The notes below the pieces were generated by a model. That model worked only from the letters and a program-made list of their open reading frames with translations. It made no database searches and was not told the origin of the DNA. From Gemmatimonadales bacterium (GTDB taxonomy: Bacteria; Gemmatimonadota; Gemmatimonadetes; Gemmatimonadales; GWC2-71-9), in assembly GCA_041615815.1 (NCBI GenBank), contig JBFJCP010000034.1, positions 1-40,881 of the forward strand: DNA of 40,881 nucleotides, in the 5' to 3' direction. Made by a program: the position numbers and the translations under genes. The stretch's first letter is position 1. Every line of letters starts with the position of its first letter. Positions 1-9,011 of the stretch are shown here, in pieces.

Positions 1-3
1 CAA

Positions 4-936
4 TCACTCGGCCCCGACCGGGAAAGAGCTCAGATGCACCAATCGACTCTGGTCTTCGAGCTCTCCCCCCAACACCCCCTCGGCCAGCACGCGGTAGGTA
101 CCGCGGCCCACGGTTGGAGCATCGACTCGAGGGGCGGTGGATACCTGCTCGAGAAAGGCTGCGGCGTGCCCGTCGTCCGCAGCGTTGGTGGAGACCGTAC
201 GGGATGCGAGTGCATCCATGATGTAGCCAGTCACGAGCCGCTCGTGCACCATGGCGTAGAGGTCTTGGCTTCCGATGACGTCCATCCCGAGTACCCGATC
301 CCCCGCGAACGCGAGCACTCCCACCTGTCCGTCGATCTGGGGAAAGGAGGCTACCCAATCGTCGACTTCTGGGGATTTCTGCTCATAGATCTCGTCGAGC
401 GCCCCGGTTGGTGTGAACGCGCCGGTCGTTGACCCGTAGTGTGAGATTTCTTGCCACACGCGGGACTGGGCCTTGGCCAGAACCTCGGGAGCGGCGCGCC
501 TTCGCGCCTTCGCTAACCCGGCCTCGACGGCGCGGGCGTGACGCCGAACCCCGCTCGGCGAATAGTGGGGGGATGAGCTAAAGACACGGCTCGTGAACCG
601 CCACCGGCCTTGCTCCATGCAGGAAACGGGAATCTCGACCTCACTGCGGGCCGGGACGACGATGCTCCTGTTGGTCATGCGGTTCTGCCGGGCACCGATG
701 AGCTGCTCGCCATCCAAGATCAGGACGTCGAGATCGCCGCTGTTCACCGCAACGACTTCTGGCACGCTCCCAGCTCCCACTTCGGTCACGGTGAGCATGC
801 CCTCCTCGATCGCGTCCTTCATCAACATGTACGGAAGCTCGGACACACGAGAAAACTCCGGCGCACCCGTGTCGGTGAGCGGGTACACCGTCAAGACTCC
901 ATGGCGCTGCGGTGGTGCCAACGTGACGCTCAGCAT
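4..936 (-). CDS. ARPP-1 / DUF6569-like domain protein
   Basis: ATG at 936 with a GGAG RBS. The motifs LILDGEQLIGARQNR and IPVSCMEQGRW match my recollection of the ARPP-1 (DUF6569) family. The upstream extension to 1056 looks non-coding. Confidence 0.7.
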   Translation of the reverse strand: MLSVTLAPPQRHGVLTVYPLTDTGAPEFSRVSELPYMLMKDAIEEGMLTVTEVGAGSVPEVVAVNSGDLDVLILDGEQLIGARQNRMTNRSIVVPARSEVEIPVSCMEQGRWRFTSRVFSSSPHYSPSGVRRHARAVEAGLAKARRRAAPEVLAKAQSRVWQEISHYGSTTGAFTPTGALDEIYEQKSPEVDDWVASFPQIDGQVGVLAFAGDRVLGMDVIGSQDLYAMVHERLVTGYIMDALASRTVSTNAADDGHAAAFLEQVSTAPRVDAPTVGRGTYRVLAEGVLGGELEDQSRLVHLSSFPVGAE

Positions 937-1629
937 GGTAACTCCCAGCGGGTGATGCCCTGTCGAAATGTACTTGGAGGGACTGAGGGAAACGTCCGGC
1001 GGCACCGCTTTGGTTCTCGCCGCGGTTCTCCGTGGGTGAGCAGGTCCGGCGCGCAAGCGTCGATCATCGTCCAGTGGGAGCTACTCCTGCCCGCCACTCA
1101 TCCCCTCGATCCGCCCAGCTATCCCTCCCGACCGACCGCACACGGATTTCTCGTTGCCTGCGGGGTCCGGGTTGGCTGAGATTGCAGCCAGTAACGAGAG
1201 GGATCAGTAGCCGGAGCCGGGCACGTCTGCCGCCAGGCACGATCTCGTCAGGGAGGGACGAGCGGGCAGCACCACTCACCACGACGCCGCTGCCTGGCCC
1301 GGTTCCGGTGGCTGGTCTGTACTTACCGTCCTGTCCTCCACGGCCGCCGCGGCTGCCTCTGCCGCAGCTGCACTCCCCACCCGCATCTTGCTCGCGGCCT
1401 CGGGCCGCAAGAGCGTTGCACGGGCGTCGTGCTGTCTCGCATCAGGATCCCGAGCGGCGGGTCGACGGCGATGCTGGGTAGCGCTGAGGAGTGGCGTGCC
1501 TGGGGCGATTCCTAGGCGTGGGTTGCAGAGGTCCAGCGTGATTGGCACACCCGAATGCACACTGCTGTTGTCACCTTACGAACTCACCGGTGGGCGAGAA
1601 GCGTCTCCCGCCTTCTTCGCTTCTTCCCC

Positions 1630-1905
1630 TTATACCAAGGCCGCCCTCAACAACCTGACCGCCACCGTCGCCAACTTTCCGGCGTTCTTCCGGAACGCCG
1701 CCGCCCGCAGGTTCTCGGAGGAAGCCGCCGCCACGATCGCCATCAACTGGGCGAGGTGCTCTTTGTCCCGCTTGGTGGGCACGAGCCGGCTCACTTCGTC
1801 CTCCGTGAGCGGTGTGAGCCGCGCGATCTCGGTTGCCAGTTCCTGATTCGTCTCTTCGCGGACTTTGGCGGCAATGCGCCGAAACTTCTCGGATCGACTC
1901 GCCAT
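1630..1905 (-). CDS. small alpha-helical hypothetical protein (91 aa)
   Basis: ATG preceded by GAGGGGG; amphipathic helical composition; co-oriented directly downstream of the lipoprotein gene. Confidence 0.75.
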   Translation of the reverse strand: MASRSEKFRRIAAKVREETNQELATEIARLTPLTEDEVSRLVPTKRDKEHLAQLMAIVAAASSENLRAAAFRKNAGKLATVAVRLLRAALV

Positions 1906-1933
1906 TCACGCCCCCTCTCGCCTGTCGCCCGTC

Positions 1934-1989
1934 ACCTAGCCCCTCATCCCGAGTCCCTAAGCCCTGAGCCCTAAGCCCTAAGCCCTAAT
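1934..1989 (-). repeat. heptamer tandem array (CCCTAAG)n / (TTAGGGC)n, 8 imperfect units
   Basis: + strand reads acctagc ccctcat cccgagt ccctaag ccctgag ccctaag ccctaag ccctaat. The TAG stop of the lipoprotein gene lies within the unit at 1983-1989. Confidence 0.9.
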
Positions 1990-2740
1990 TCCTCCCCATG
2001 ACCCTCTTGAGTTCTTCGATCAATTCCGCCGCTCTCCCTGCCTTCCCCGTGATCTCCACCATCTCGTCATTGAGCTCGAGTGCTTCACGGATCAGAGCAT
2101 CCCTCGCCCTGAGCAACCCGAGGCGCTGCAACACCGCCTCTTGTTCTACCACCACGTCCCTCACGGACTGCACGAATGCCGTCACCGACCCTTGCATTTG
2201 CAACAACTCGGCGTAGTTGGCTCGGAGCGCTTCCAGGACCTGTCGCTCCTGTCGATCGATCGGGACCATCAGCTCGCGCCGCTGAAGCTCGATTTGCTCG
2301 ACCGCTGCCGCGGCGAAATCCAACATGATCATCCCCTGGTCCGCATCACCGAGCCCGCGGCGCACCGCGTCGATGGCTGCCTCTCGTTGTGTGGCGCCCA
2401 ACCCTGCGCGCTCGAGCTCCTCCCGCAGCCGCGCTTCCTGGTCGTCGGTGAAAGGTTGAGGTTGCTCCAACTCGTCGAGTACTTGAGACTGCACCACGAA
2501 GGCCTGCATGAATTCCGGGATCCAGCGTCGCTGCAGAAAATCTTCGACTCGATTCCGGGAGAGGTCGAAATACGCCGACACGAGAGCCTCGTGCCGGGCC
2601 TGCATGGCGGCGATCCCCTCGGCAACGGCGGCAGAGAGCTCGACCGCCTCGGGCGGCACCTTGGGACCACACGCGCCGACGAGCGTGGCGCTGACGAGGA
2701 TAACGGATGGGAGTGCGGTCCGGCGCCGGGCTGCGTGCAT
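1985..2740 (-). CDS. putative helical lipoprotein
   Basis: ATG at 2740 after GAGGGGAAG; basic N-terminus, hydrophobic stretch and lipobox LVGA-C; the remainder is coiled-coil-like. Confidence 0.8.
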   Translation of the reverse strand: MHAARRRTALPSVILVSATLVGACGPKVPPEAVELSAAVAEGIAAMQARHEALVSAYFDLSRNRVEDFLQRRWIPEFMQAFVVQSQVLDELEQPQPFTDDQEARLREELERAGLGATQREAAIDAVRRGLGDADQGMIMLDFAAAAVEQIELQRRELMVPIDRQERQVLEALRANYAELLQMQGSVTAFVQSVRDVVVEQEAVLQRLGLLRARDALIREALELNDEMVEITGKAGRAAELIEELKRVMGRN

Positions 2741-2971
2741 CTTCCCCTCGGCTGGAGGAGTATCCGGTGGGGCTCGTGCTGATCGAAGGTAGGTCGTGGT
2801 GGAGGGCTGGGCCAGTGGCGAGAAGGGGGCGGGGTAGGCGGCATTGGGACGTTGGAGTGCACTTGATTTCTGAAGCCGACCCTCGGAGGCCTGGCTTCCT
2901 TTGGCAGTCGCTGACCTCGTGGGTGCCGGGTGCGATCGATGCTGGTGAAGTCTACGGGCTCCCAAGGCGCG

Positions 2972-3035
2972 CGGCGGGATGAGCACAGATGACCCCTCCC
3001 GCCACTCCCGTCCATCCCGCCTATCCTCCCCTATC
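2972..3035. repeat. degenerate 9-mer array with one inverted copy
   Basis: cctcccgcc actcccgtc catcccgcc tatcctccc, preceded by the inverted unit ggcgggatg. Confidence 0.6.
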
Positions 3036-3102
3036 AGAAGCCAAAGAGCCGGGCAGACGCGCTACCCGGCTCTCCAGCGTTGGCAGATGGTTTCGGATTC
3101 GC

Positions 3103-3771
3103 TTACGCTTCGCTCGCTTCGCTCCCACCCATACTTCCCGCACTCCCGATCTTGAACGCCGTCACCACCGCCAGCGCAAAGAAGATGATGTCCATCAATC
3201 CGAACGTGTAGAAGAACCCTTGGTTGGCCAGGACCTCTCGAAACGCTGCAGCCGACTCGGCAATGTTCGCCTCTAGCTGCGCCTTGAACTCCTCTTGCTC
3301 CACGGGCGACATGGCATCCCATCGAGCCTGCGCCACCGTCCACACCTCGCCGGGATAATCGACCGCGCCCGCTCCATTGTACGGCTCAGCCTCCTCGGGC
3401 CACTGCAGCGTCTGTCCCTCGTCCTCGAACTCCGCCACGACGTCGTCGGCAATGTAGGACACCACCAACTCGTTGTCCTGGAGTGCTTCGATGGAGTTGG
3501 AGACGAGTTCGGACTCGTCGGGAAGGATCATCTGGACCATGGCGTACTTCCCACCGGCCACCGACATGGCCGCGAGGACCGCCGCCATCACCCCCGCCGC
3601 CGTGCTGCCCTCCCCCTTGTTGCCGATCGCCACGCCCACCCCCACCAGGATCCCGATACCCCAGGCAATCCAGCCAATCTCATAACCGGTGAAGGCTGCG
3701 ACAGCCGCCCAAATGGCTGTCCCGACTGCCCCACCGATCAGTCCGCCAAAGATCGCGCCCAGCTTGTACAT
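3103..3771 (-). CDS. hypothetical membrane protein
   Basis: ATG at 3771 with AGGAGG RBS; three Gly-rich N-terminal TM segments, an acidic soluble domain and a C-terminal TM (MDIIFFALAVVTAFKIG). Confidence 0.85.
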   Translation of the reverse strand: MYKLGAIFGGLIGGAVGTAIWAAVAAFTGYEIGWIAWGIGILVGVGVAIGNKGEGSTAAGVMAAVLAAMSVAGGKYAMVQMILPDESELVSNSIEALQDNELVVSYIADDVVAEFEDEGQTLQWPEEAEPYNGAGAVDYPGEVWTVAQARWDAMSPVEQEEFKAQLEANIAESAAAFREVLANQGFFYTFGLMDIIFFALAVVTAFKIGSAGSMGGSEASEA

Positions 3772-3938
3772 GCCGCCTCCTTGCAACTCACAGCGCACGG
3801 GGGGCTGCAAACTGGGACGCCCAGTAGTGCGGTGCCGTGGAATACGTCACAATATTGAGTGTCTAAACGACGCACTCACTCGCAGAGCGCGAGTGGAAGC
3901 GACAGTGACTGCACGCTTTACTGAGGGTGCTGACGCCA

Positions 3939-5264
3939 ATGCCGCGACGGTTTATCGCCAGCCGTAGTGCCGCGTTTCACCCCGGGCCGCTCACCAATGC
4001 CCGGGATTTCGTGATGCTCTTTGGGGACGAGGTCGAGACCACCGGCCGCCAGCGGGGCGGCCGCGACGAGGTCCTCTACCGGCGTCGCCCCGGCTGGGTG
4101 CGCTCGGACCGGCTCATCGAGCATCACCCTCTCGAGCTCTATGCCGTCGACGTGGGGCAGGGAGATGCCACGTTCATCGTGACCCCAGGAGAACGTACCA
4201 TCCTGGTGGACGGTGGGATGGGAGACGAGGCCTTTCAGTTCCTCGTGTGGAAGTACCGGTTGGACGTAGCGGACGCACAGCCGGTGGACATCGATCTCTT
4301 GATTCTCACCCATACCGACGGAGATCACATTGCCGGACTCGCATCCATCGTGCGGCACCCGCTGATCAACGTGCGGCGGATCGTCCACTCCGGGATCGCC
4401 CGGTTTCGCTCCGGGGCGTTCGACAGCGACTTGGGCGATACGCAAGGCACCGGCACGCAGAGAATACTCCTCACCCGGCACGACCGGATCGACGAGCTGC
4501 AGCGTGACGACCTCACGAGCAATCTCCAGAGCTGGTTTGATGCCGTGACGCAGGAGCAACAGACGGCAGGGCTCGACTACGGCGCCGTGGATGCGACGAC
4601 GGGCACGATCGACATTGGTGATCCCGCCGTCACGCTCCACGTCCTGGGCCCCAGACTCGGTCGCCATCCGGTCACGGGCGATCCCGTGTACCCTTGGCTC
4701 TCCTCCGCGCCCAAGACCGTGAACGGGCACTCGGTGATTGTCCGGCTCGATGTGGGCAACGTGAGGATGTTATTGCCCGGCGATCTCAACGAGCGTGGGG
4801 CGAGCTACCTCATGGCCGATCCCGACTTCGTGGCTGCGGCCGACGCCCACGTGCTCAAGGCGCCCCACCATGGGAGTCACGATTTCCATCGACCATTTCT
4901 GGAGGCGGTGAGCCCTCAGATCTCGGTCATCTCCTCGGGGGAGTCGCCCGATCACGGACACCCGCGGGCCAATTTTCTCGGCACCGTTGGACAGGCCTCC
5001 CGGTCGCGAGAGCCGCTGATCTTCTCGACCGAGCTCGTGGCCATGTTCGCCGTCGACGACGATGCCGCCGCGCCCGACGCCGACGATCCCGTGGATCCCA
5101 CCGATCCCGCCATGCTCGGTCAGGCGCGGCGTCGGTTCAAGAAACGGCTCAATGGCATCATCAACATCCGAACAGACGGCGCAGACCTCTACGCCGCCCG
5201 CCGAGTGGCAGCGAGCTACCAGTTCGTGACGTATGGGCCCTTGGCGCCGGCTGCGCGGGAGTAG
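3939..5264 (+). CDS. ComEC/Rec2-type metallo-beta-lactamase-fold hydrolase
   Basis: Motifs DVGQGDA, LVDGG, THTDGDHIAG, LLPGDL, KAPHHGS and HGHP; ATG at 3939 after GAGGG. Confidence 0.9.
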   Translation: MPRRFIASRSAAFHPGPLTNARDFVMLFGDEVETTGRQRGGRDEVLYRRRPGWVRSDRLIEHHPLELYAVDVGQGDATFIVTPGERTILVDGGMGDEAFQFLVWKYRLDVADAQPVDIDLLILTHTDGDHIAGLASIVRHPLINVRRIVHSGIARFRSGAFDSDLGDTQGTGTQRILLTRHDRIDELQRDDLTSNLQSWFDAVTQEQQTAGLDYGAVDATTGTIDIGDPAVTLHVLGPRLGRHPVTGDPVYPWLSSAPKTVNGHSVIVRLDVGNVRMLLPGDLNERGASYLMADPDFVAAADAHVLKAPHHGSHDFHRPFLEAVSPQISVISSGESPDHGHPRANFLGTVGQASRSREPLIFSTELVAMFAVDDDAAAPDADDPVDPTDPAMLGQARRRFKKRLNGIINIRTDGADLYAARRVAASYQFVTYGPLAPAARE

Positions 5265-5305
5265 TGGTTACCGATGGGCGGGATAGTTTCAGTTTTCAGG
5301 GCTAT

Positions 5306-5410
5306 TCGCGAGCTGCTGCGCGCGGAGGGAGCCCAGCCCACGAAGTCGCATGAAGTAGTCGCCACCGGCTAGAGTGGGGTCGCACACTCAACTCGGGATG
5401 CAGCTCGCGA
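5306..5410. repeat. 105-bp element bounded by 11-bp perfect inverted repeats
   Basis: tcgcgagctgc (5306-5316) and gcagctcgcga (5400-5410), lying between convergent genes. Confidence 0.55.
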
Positions 5411-5436
5411 TGGAGCGGTCACCGGGAATGTTTTCC

Positions 5437-7428
5437 CTAGCCGTGTCGGTCTCCGGTGCTCGGTACCGGTGCCTCGCCATCCCGCCCGTCCCGCCGCTCT
5501 TTCCTCCTATCCCACTCCCTAGCGAAGACATACTCGTCCACGTAGGCGGCATAGGCGGGATCGAGGGTCAACAAGCTCGTTTCACGCGCCCGATTGAGAC
5601 TCTGGCCATCCCAATTCGTGGACCCGTTGTACACGCACTCGCCATCGATGGTGGCGACTTTGATGTGATACGCACCGGGGACGTCCGCCAGCTTCCTCCC
5701 GTTGTAGACCCACCAGCGGAACTCGAGCTGTCCCCACGCGTGAAGCGGTTTGACCTGGGCGGGATCGACCGGAATCTCGAGCAGGGCGGGTAACTCATGC
5801 GTCCGTCCCGCGGCGACCGATCCCTGCACCACGGCGAGTCGCCGGCGCAGCCTCCTCAGCGCGGTCTCGTTACTCCCACCCCCAAACGGGAGCCTGACTT
5901 TTCGCAGATTTCGCTTGTAGGGGAGCAGCAACTTCACATTGACGCCGCGGGCGAGCGCATAGATCACGGCGTCGATGACCGGCTCGTCGTTGAAGTTGGG
6001 CGCCGTCATGTGGAGCTGGCGCGTGGCCATTCGCATCGCCACCAGCAGTGCCTGCGCAATGGGGTGATCAATCGAGTTGGACCAGAACGCGGGGCGCTTG
6101 AACTTGTCGAGATAGAACACCGGAACGCCCTCGGGGTCGGGAAGCCCGAGGGCACTCCAATCGGGGTTCGTGACCGCAGACTCGTGCCCGTGCATCCCGC
6201 CGGGGATTCGATCGATCGTTCCCCTTCGGCAACTCCGCAGATCGATGGCCATGTGACCGTTCGCGTCGGCGCGGCGCACAGCCAAGAAGTTGGTCTCCCG
6301 AAACCACGAGTGATCGAAGGCGCGGAGCGCGAGCTGTGCCACTTCGCCCTTGTAGAGGTATGCCGTGTCCCGTTCCTCTCGATTGAAGTTGTTGTTCGCC
6401 TGCAGATTTGCTCCGCCGATATGCACGTATCGTCCGTCCACGTAGGCGATCTTGGAGTGATCCTCCCCTGGTCCGATGTGCTGATGCACGGCCACCTCGA
6501 TCCGGACATATCTCGGATCCACCGTCTCGAACGCCTCGAGGATCTCGAGCGCCTTTTTCCTCTTCATCGCGCGAATGAGCCCGAGAAATTGAAGCGGCCA
6601 CAGGTAGGCCGGCACCAGGAGGTCCGGGATGATCCGGATGACCACCGGATGAAAGGGACGTTCGCCGAGTCCCCGCTCGTGGCGTATGAGATCGCGTTCG
6701 ATGCGCTGTTGCAGGCGCAAGGCACCGGCGGCAATCTGCCTGAGCGGATCTGACCTCGTGACATTGCCCGATCGAATACCCACTTCGTACCTGGCGTTTG
6801 CCACAAGTTCCGCGAGTCCGAAAAAGATCCCGGCTCCGTGCAGCACGGGGCCCACCGCGTTGCGCATCGTCAGGGCCTCGCGTCCTGCAACGGGCGCATC
6901 CAGGTGCTGCAGCGATCTGGCGATCTCATGGCCGAGCACTGTCACCCCGTTGCCGGACCGAGACGGCCTCCACATGTGGGGACCCCCGAGCTGATTAAGA
7001 CGGAGTCGATAGCCAAAGTCTCGCCCGCCCCGTTCGCGAACGAAGATTCGATGACGTCCGTCCTGCGTCATGGTGTGGCAGAGATGATCGTCGAGCGGTC
7101 TCGCCTCGATCGAGCCGATGTTCTCTCCCCGCACGAGGGGCTCGGGGCCGGATGGCGGATACAACCGTAGCTCAGGATCCACGGGGCTGTTGTCCGACTG
7201 CCGATCGAGGGCCTCGCGATAGCCGGCCGGGTCGATGGTGGGGCGGGGGAACGGGGCGAGGAGAATGCTCACGACGTCACCGGCCCGGGCATCGAAGGTG
7301 TACCAGTGCCCGTCTGTACGGGGGAAATTCCCCTGCACCATCTGACCGTAGACGAGATGCGTAACCGGTGGGTCCGAGCGCCGCGGCGGTCGCGGCGCCT
7401 GTGGACGTGGATGCTGGAGATCGGTCAT
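5437..7428 (-). CDS. phospholipase D superfamily protein (two HKD motifs) with N-terminal PPC-like domain
   Basis: HSKIAYVD..GGAN and HIKVATID..GSTN motifs. The N-terminal HWYTFDARAGDVVSI...DPELRLY resembles a pre-peptidase C-terminal (PPC) beta-sandwich. Start at ATG 7428 is uncertain. Confidence 0.85.
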   Translation of the reverse strand: MTDLQHPRPQAPRPPRRSDPPVTHLVYGQMVQGNFPRTDGHWYTFDARAGDVVSILLAPFPRPTIDPAGYREALDRQSDNSPVDPELRLYPPSGPEPLVRGENIGSIEARPLDDHLCHTMTQDGRHRIFVRERGGRDFGYRLRLNQLGGPHMWRPSRSGNGVTVLGHEIARSLQHLDAPVAGREALTMRNAVGPVLHGAGIFFGLAELVANARYEVGIRSGNVTRSDPLRQIAAGALRLQQRIERDLIRHERGLGERPFHPVVIRIIPDLLVPAYLWPLQFLGLIRAMKRKKALEILEAFETVDPRYVRIEVAVHQHIGPGEDHSKIAYVDGRYVHIGGANLQANNNFNREERDTAYLYKGEVAQLALRAFDHSWFRETNFLAVRRADANGHMAIDLRSCRRGTIDRIPGGMHGHESAVTNPDWSALGLPDPEGVPVFYLDKFKRPAFWSNSIDHPIAQALLVAMRMATRQLHMTAPNFNDEPVIDAVIYALARGVNVKLLLPYKRNLRKVRLPFGGGSNETALRRLRRRLAVVQGSVAAGRTHELPALLEIPVDPAQVKPLHAWGQLEFRWWVYNGRKLADVPGAYHIKVATIDGECVYNGSTNWDGQSLNRARETSLLTLDPAYAAYVDEYVFAREWDRRKERRDGRDGEAPVPSTGDRHG

Positions 7429-7679
7429 GAGCGTCCGTCTACGGGGTCTTGCATGGAATGTTGATGCTCCGGTGGTGGGGGGCAAGCCGTGGAGGCGGGG
7501 TGGAAAAAGCGGAGGGTGGGTAGGGGAGTGTGCGGCGCTTCCGAACGCGTGTCTCAGTGAGCGGTGCTTGTTCGGTTCCCAACTGCGGGGCCCTCGCGAC
7601 CGGCAGCGTGTGGAGGAAGCCCCACCCACGGAACCAGACTTGACCCCCACCGTGCACCCTATCCACTTACGCGACTGAC

Positions 7680-9011
7680 ATGACACACCTCCGTCGCTCC
7701 CTCGGCCTCACCCGCGCCACCGCCATGGTCGTTGGCACCATCATTGGGGCCTCGATCTTTGTCCAGCCATCCGAGATCACTGCGCTGGTGCCGTCGCTCA
7801 CCGCCGTCGCCCTCGTCTGGGCTATTGCGGGTATCCTCACGCTCTTTGGGTCCCTCGTGTGCGCCGAGCTGGCGTCGGCGTACCCCACAGCCGGCGGTGT
7901 GTACGAGTTTCTCAAGAGAGCCTTCTCGCCGGCGATGGGCTTTCTGTGGGGATGGGCGATGTACTGGAGCATGCACTCCGGGATCATCGCCGCCATCGCC
8001 GTCGTGTTTGCCCGCTACCTCGCCTTCTTCGTTCCGCTGTCTGACCTCGGCATCCGTGTGGCGGCCATTGCCGTCATTCTCGTGCTGTCGGCGGTGAACT
8101 ACGTGGGAGTGAAACACGGCAGCGCACTCCAGACCGCGGTCACGATCGGCAAGGTTGTCGTCATTCTGGCCATGATCGGAGTGGGAGCCGCGCTGGGACC
8201 GCGAGCACCGATCGACCGCGCGGCAACGCTCGTGTCGGCGAATATCGGTCCGGCGTCCGTCGCGCTCGCGCTCATCGCGGCGCTGTTTGCATTTGGTGGA
8301 TGGCACATGGTCACCTACACGTCGGAAGAGACGCACGATCCCGAACGCACGATTCCGCGCGCCCTCGTGATTGGGGTGCTCGTGGTCACGGTCTGTTACG
8401 TTCTGCTCAACGGCATCTACTTCTACGTATTGCCGTTGGCGACCGTGGTCTCTTCCACACGAATCGCAGCCGATGCCGCCGATGCCGTGGTGGGCAGGGG
8501 CGGAGCCGCGTTCATGTCCGCTGTGGTGATCTTTTCGACCTTCGGAGCGCTCAGCGGCATCGTCCTGACGGGACCGCGTGTCTACTTTGCCATGGCGCGG
8601 GATGGAATGCTGTTTCGCTGGATGGGAGTGACGCACGAGCGGTTTCGCACCCCGCATCGCGCCATCCTGCTCCAGGCCGTCTGGGCCTGCGTCCTGGTGG
8701 CAACGGGAACCTATCGAACGCTGTTTACGCGGGTGATCTATACCGAGTGGATCTTCTTCGCCTTGATGGCTGTAGGTCTCATGGTGCTGCGTCGCCGCTC
8801 GGACTATGCACCCCGATACCGGGTCTGGGGCTACCCCCTGGTACCGATCGTGTTCGTCGCGTCTTCGTTAGTGATCGTCCTGAATCAAGTCGTGAGCGAT
8901 CCCGTGGAGAGCGCCACCGGACTGCTGCTCGTGGCGGTGGGTCTTCCGGTCTATTACTTCTGGGTACGAAAACGGGCTATCGAAGCGGGAGCCACACGTG
9001 CGGATCATTGA
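7680..9011 (+). CDS. APC family amino acid permease
   Basis: GTIIGASIF TM1 motif, AELASAYPTAGG, FAFGGW, EETHDPERTIPRA; about 12 TM segments. Confidence 0.95.
   Translation: MTHLRRSLGLTRATAMVVGTIIGASIFVQPSEITALVPSLTAVALVWAIAGILTLFGSLVCAELASAYPTAGGVYEFLKRAFSPAMGFLWGWAMYWSMHSGIIAAIAVVFARYLAFFVPLSDLGIRVAAIAVILVLSAVNYVGVKHGSALQTAVTIGKVVVILAMIGVGAALGPRAPIDRAATLVSANIGPASVALALIAALFAFGGWHMVTYTSEETHDPERTIPRALVIGVLVVTVCYVLLNGIYFYVLPLATVVSSTRIAADAADAVVGRGGAAFMSAVVIFSTFGALSGIVLTGPRVYFAMARDGMLFRWMGVTHERFRTPHRAILLQAVWACVLVATGTYRTLFTRVIYTEWIFFALMAVGLMVLRRRSDYAPRYRVWGYPLVPIVFVASSLVIVLNQVVSDPVESATGLLLVAVGLPVYYFWVRKRAIEAGATRADH

Noticed and set aside
1934..1989. CRISPR array or eukaryotic telomere contamination
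   Set aside because: 7-bp tandem units without spacers, embedded between ordinary bacterial genes.
3781..3900. Three short hairpins in the divergent intergenic region
   Set aside because: Stems of 6-7 bp with no U-tail or recognisable RNA motif; plausible by chance.
3939..5264. Competence gene comEC or a beta-lactam resistance gene
   Set aside because: Only the soluble MBL domain is present, with no membrane channel domain and no signal peptide; the fold alone does not imply resistance.
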